A stretch of 64,000 bases of DNA from the NCBI GenBank assembly GCA_040954595.2, contig CM082579.2:2346245-2410244 (forward strand). Reading direction: 5' to 3'. This stretch comes from Balanoglossus misakiensis (taxonomy: Eukaryota; Animalia; Hemichordata). Shown in pieces: positions 61,401-64,000 of this stretch (within the stretch, counting starts at the first letter, position 1; each line of letters opens with the position of its first letter). The notes beneath the pieces were generated by a model. The model did no database searches. It was not told the DNA's origin and saw only the letters and a program-made list of their open reading frames with translations. The position numbers and the translations under genes were made by a program.

Positions 61401-64000
61401 AATTTTCAAAATTCGCAAACTCGAAAAATCGTCGATTTTTGATGGTTTTCCTGAGCTATAACCCATGGTTTTTTCAAAAAATGACCAAATTTTCAAAATT
61501 CGCAAACTCGAAAAATCGTCGATTTTGAAGGTTTTCCTGAGCTATAACCCATGGTTTTTTCAAAAAATGACCAAATTTTCAAAATTCGCAAACTCGAAAA
61601 ATCGTCGATTTTGAAGGTTTTCCTGAGCTATAACCATGGTTTTTTCAAAAAATGACCAAATTTTCAAAATTCGCAAACTCGAAAAATCGTCGATTTTTGA
61701 AGGTTTTCCTGAGCTATAACCCATGGTTTTTTCAAAAAATGACCAAATTTTCAAAATTCGCAAACTCGAAAAATCGTCGATTTGTGAAGGTTTTCCTGAG
61801 CTATAACCCATGGTTTTTTCAAAAAATGACCAAATTTTCAAAATTCGCAAACTCGAAAAATCGTCGATTTTTGAAGGTTTTCCTGAGCTATAACCCATGG
61901 TTTTTTCAAAAAATGACCAAATTTTCAAAATTCGCAAACTCGAAAAATCGTCGATTTTTGAAGGTTTTCCTGAGCTATAACCCATGGTTTTTTTCAAAAA
62001 TGACCAAATTTTCAAAATTCGCAAACTCGAAAAATCGTCGATTTTTGAAGGTTTTCCTGAGCTATAACCCATGGTTTTTTCAAAAAAATGACCAAATTTT
62101 CAAAATTCGCAAACTCGAAAAATCGTCGATTTTTGAAGGTTTTCCTGAGCTATAACCATGGTTTTTTCAAAAAATGACCAAATTTTCAAAATTCGCAAAC
62201 TCGAAAAATCGTCGATTTTTGAAGGTTTTCCTGAGCTATAACCCATGGTTTTTTCAAAAAATGACCAAATTTTCAAAATTCGCAAACTCGAAAAATCGTC
62301 GATTTTTGAAGGTTTTCCTGAGCTATAACCCATGTTTTTTCAAAAAATGACCAAATTTTCAAAATTCGCAAACTCGAAAAATCGTCGATTTTTGAAGGTT
62401 TTCCTGAGCTATAACCCATGGTTTTTTCAAAAAATGACCAAATTTTCAAAATTCGCAAACTCGAAAAATCGTCGATTTTTGAAGGTTTTCCTGAGCTATA
62501 ACCCATGGTTTTTTCAAAAAATGACCAAATTTTCAAAATTCGCAAACTCGAAAAATCGTCGATTTTTGAAGGTTTTCCTGAGCTATAACCCATGGTTTTT
62601 TCAAAAAATGACCAAATTTTCAAAATTCGCAAACTCGAAAAATCGTCGATTTTTGAAGGTTTTCCTGAGCTATAACCCATGGTTTTTTCAAAAAATGACC
62701 AAATTTTCAAAATTCGCAAACTCGAAAAATCGTCGATTTTTGAAGGTTTTCCTGAGCTATAACCCATGGAAAATGACCAAATTTCAAAATTCGCAACTCA
62801 AACTCGAAAATCGTCGATTTTTGAAGGTTTTCCTGAGCTATAACCCATGGTTTTTTCAAAAAATGACCAAATTTTCAAAATTCGCAAACTCGAAAAATCG
62901 TCGATTTTTGAAGGTTTTCCTGAGCTATAACCCATGGTTTTTTCAAAAAATGACCAAATTTTCAAAATTCGCAAACTCGAAAAATCGTCGATTTTTGAAG
63001 GTTTTCCTGAGCTATAACCCATGGTTTTTTCAAAAAATGACCAAATTTTCAAAATTCGCAAACTCGAAAAATCGTCGATTTTTGAAGGTTTTCCTGAGCT
63101 ATAACCCATGGTTTTTTCAAAAAATGACCAAATTTTCAAAATTCGCAAACTCGAAAAATCGTCGATTTTTGAAGGTTTTCCTGAGCTATAACCCATGGTT
63201 TTTTCAAAAAATGACCAAATTTTCAAAATTCGCAAACTCGAAAAATCGTCGATTTTTGAAGGTTTTCCTGAGCTATAACCCATGGTTTTTTCAAAAAATG
63301 ACCAAATTTTCAAAATTCGCAAACTCGAAAAATCGTCGATTTTTGAAGGTTTTCCTGAGCTATAACCATGGTTTTTTCAAAAAATGACCAAATTTTCAAA
63401 ATTCGCAAACTCGAAAAATCGTCGATTTTTGATGGTTTTCCTGAGCTATAACCCATGGTTTTTTCAAAAAATGACCAAATTTTCAAAATTCGCAAACTCG
63501 AAAAATCGTCGATTTTGATGTTTTCCTGAGCTATAACCCATGGTTTTTTCCATTTCACGAGATGTCCATATTTTCAAAATTCAGGCAAACTCGAAAATCG
63601 TCGATTTTTGAAGTTTTCCTGAGCTATAACCCATGGGTTTTTCAAAACATGACAAATTTTCAAAATTCGCAAACTCGAAAAATCGTCGATTTTTGAAGGT
63701 TTTCCTGAGCTATAACCCATGGTTTTTTCAAAAAATGACAAATTTTCAAATTCGCAAACTCGAAAAATCGTCGATTTTTGAAGGTTTTCCTGAGCTATAA
63801 CCCTTTGTTTTTCAAAAAATGACAAATTTTCAAAAATTCGCAAACTCGAAAAATCGTCGAATTTTGATGGGTTTTCCTGAGCTTATAACCCATGGTTTTT
63901 ACACTCTCAACGAGATGGTATCTCTCTTTTCAAAATTCGCAAACTCGAAAAATCGTCGGATTTTTGATGGTTTTCCTGAGCTATAACCCATGGTTTTTTC
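58493..64000. repeat. 87-bp tandem satellite array, about 63 copies, running off the window end
   Basis: Unit GAGCTATAACCCATGGTTTTTTCAAAAAATGACCAAATTTTCAAAATTCGCAAACTCGAAAAATCGTCGATTTTTGAAGGTTTTCCT at 58495, 58582 and onward. Variation is mostly homopolymer length. Confidence 0.98.

Noticed and set aside
58478-63843. Long repetitive ORFs on both strands (MTKFSKFANSKNRRFLKVFLSYNPWFFQK and MGYSSGKPSKIDDFSSLRILKIWSFFEKT repeats)
   Set aside because: A by-product of an 87-bp (multiple of 3) unit lacking stops in one frame per strand. Frames are broken at random by homopolymer indels and there is no synonymous-site variation.
58493-64000. CRISPR-like array
   Set aside because: No unique spacers, no cas genes, and the context is a spliced eukaryotic locus.

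Overview
Eukaryotic (animal, most likely invertebrate) genomic DNA; the species cannot be determined from the sequence. Almost all ORF-track entries are spurious. The window holds two intron-rich Cys-loop GABA-A receptor subunit genes arranged head-to-head, with start codons 5.6 kb apart. (1) A beta/LCCH3-class gene on the minus strand: 7 coding exons from ATG 16202 to 4104; its M2-M4 exons were not found and probably lie left of the window. (2) A complete alpha/gamma (GRD/8916-like) class gene on the plus strand: 9 coding exons, 21837-56304, 496 aa. I reconstructed all exons by hand from GT-AG sites and phase continuity. Together the two genes supply a complete beta(+)/alpha(-) GABA site. The alpha-like subunit has an unusual pore lining (6' Met, 10' Asn, 16' Trp) and a remodelled principal face (His kept, two aromatics lost). 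About 50 bp after its putative polyA signal, a satellite begins with one inverted monomer and about 3.7 diverged 86-bp units, then switches abruptly to about 63 homogeneous 87-bp units running to the window end. Comparisons with vertebrate and insect subunits are from memory, not from a search.
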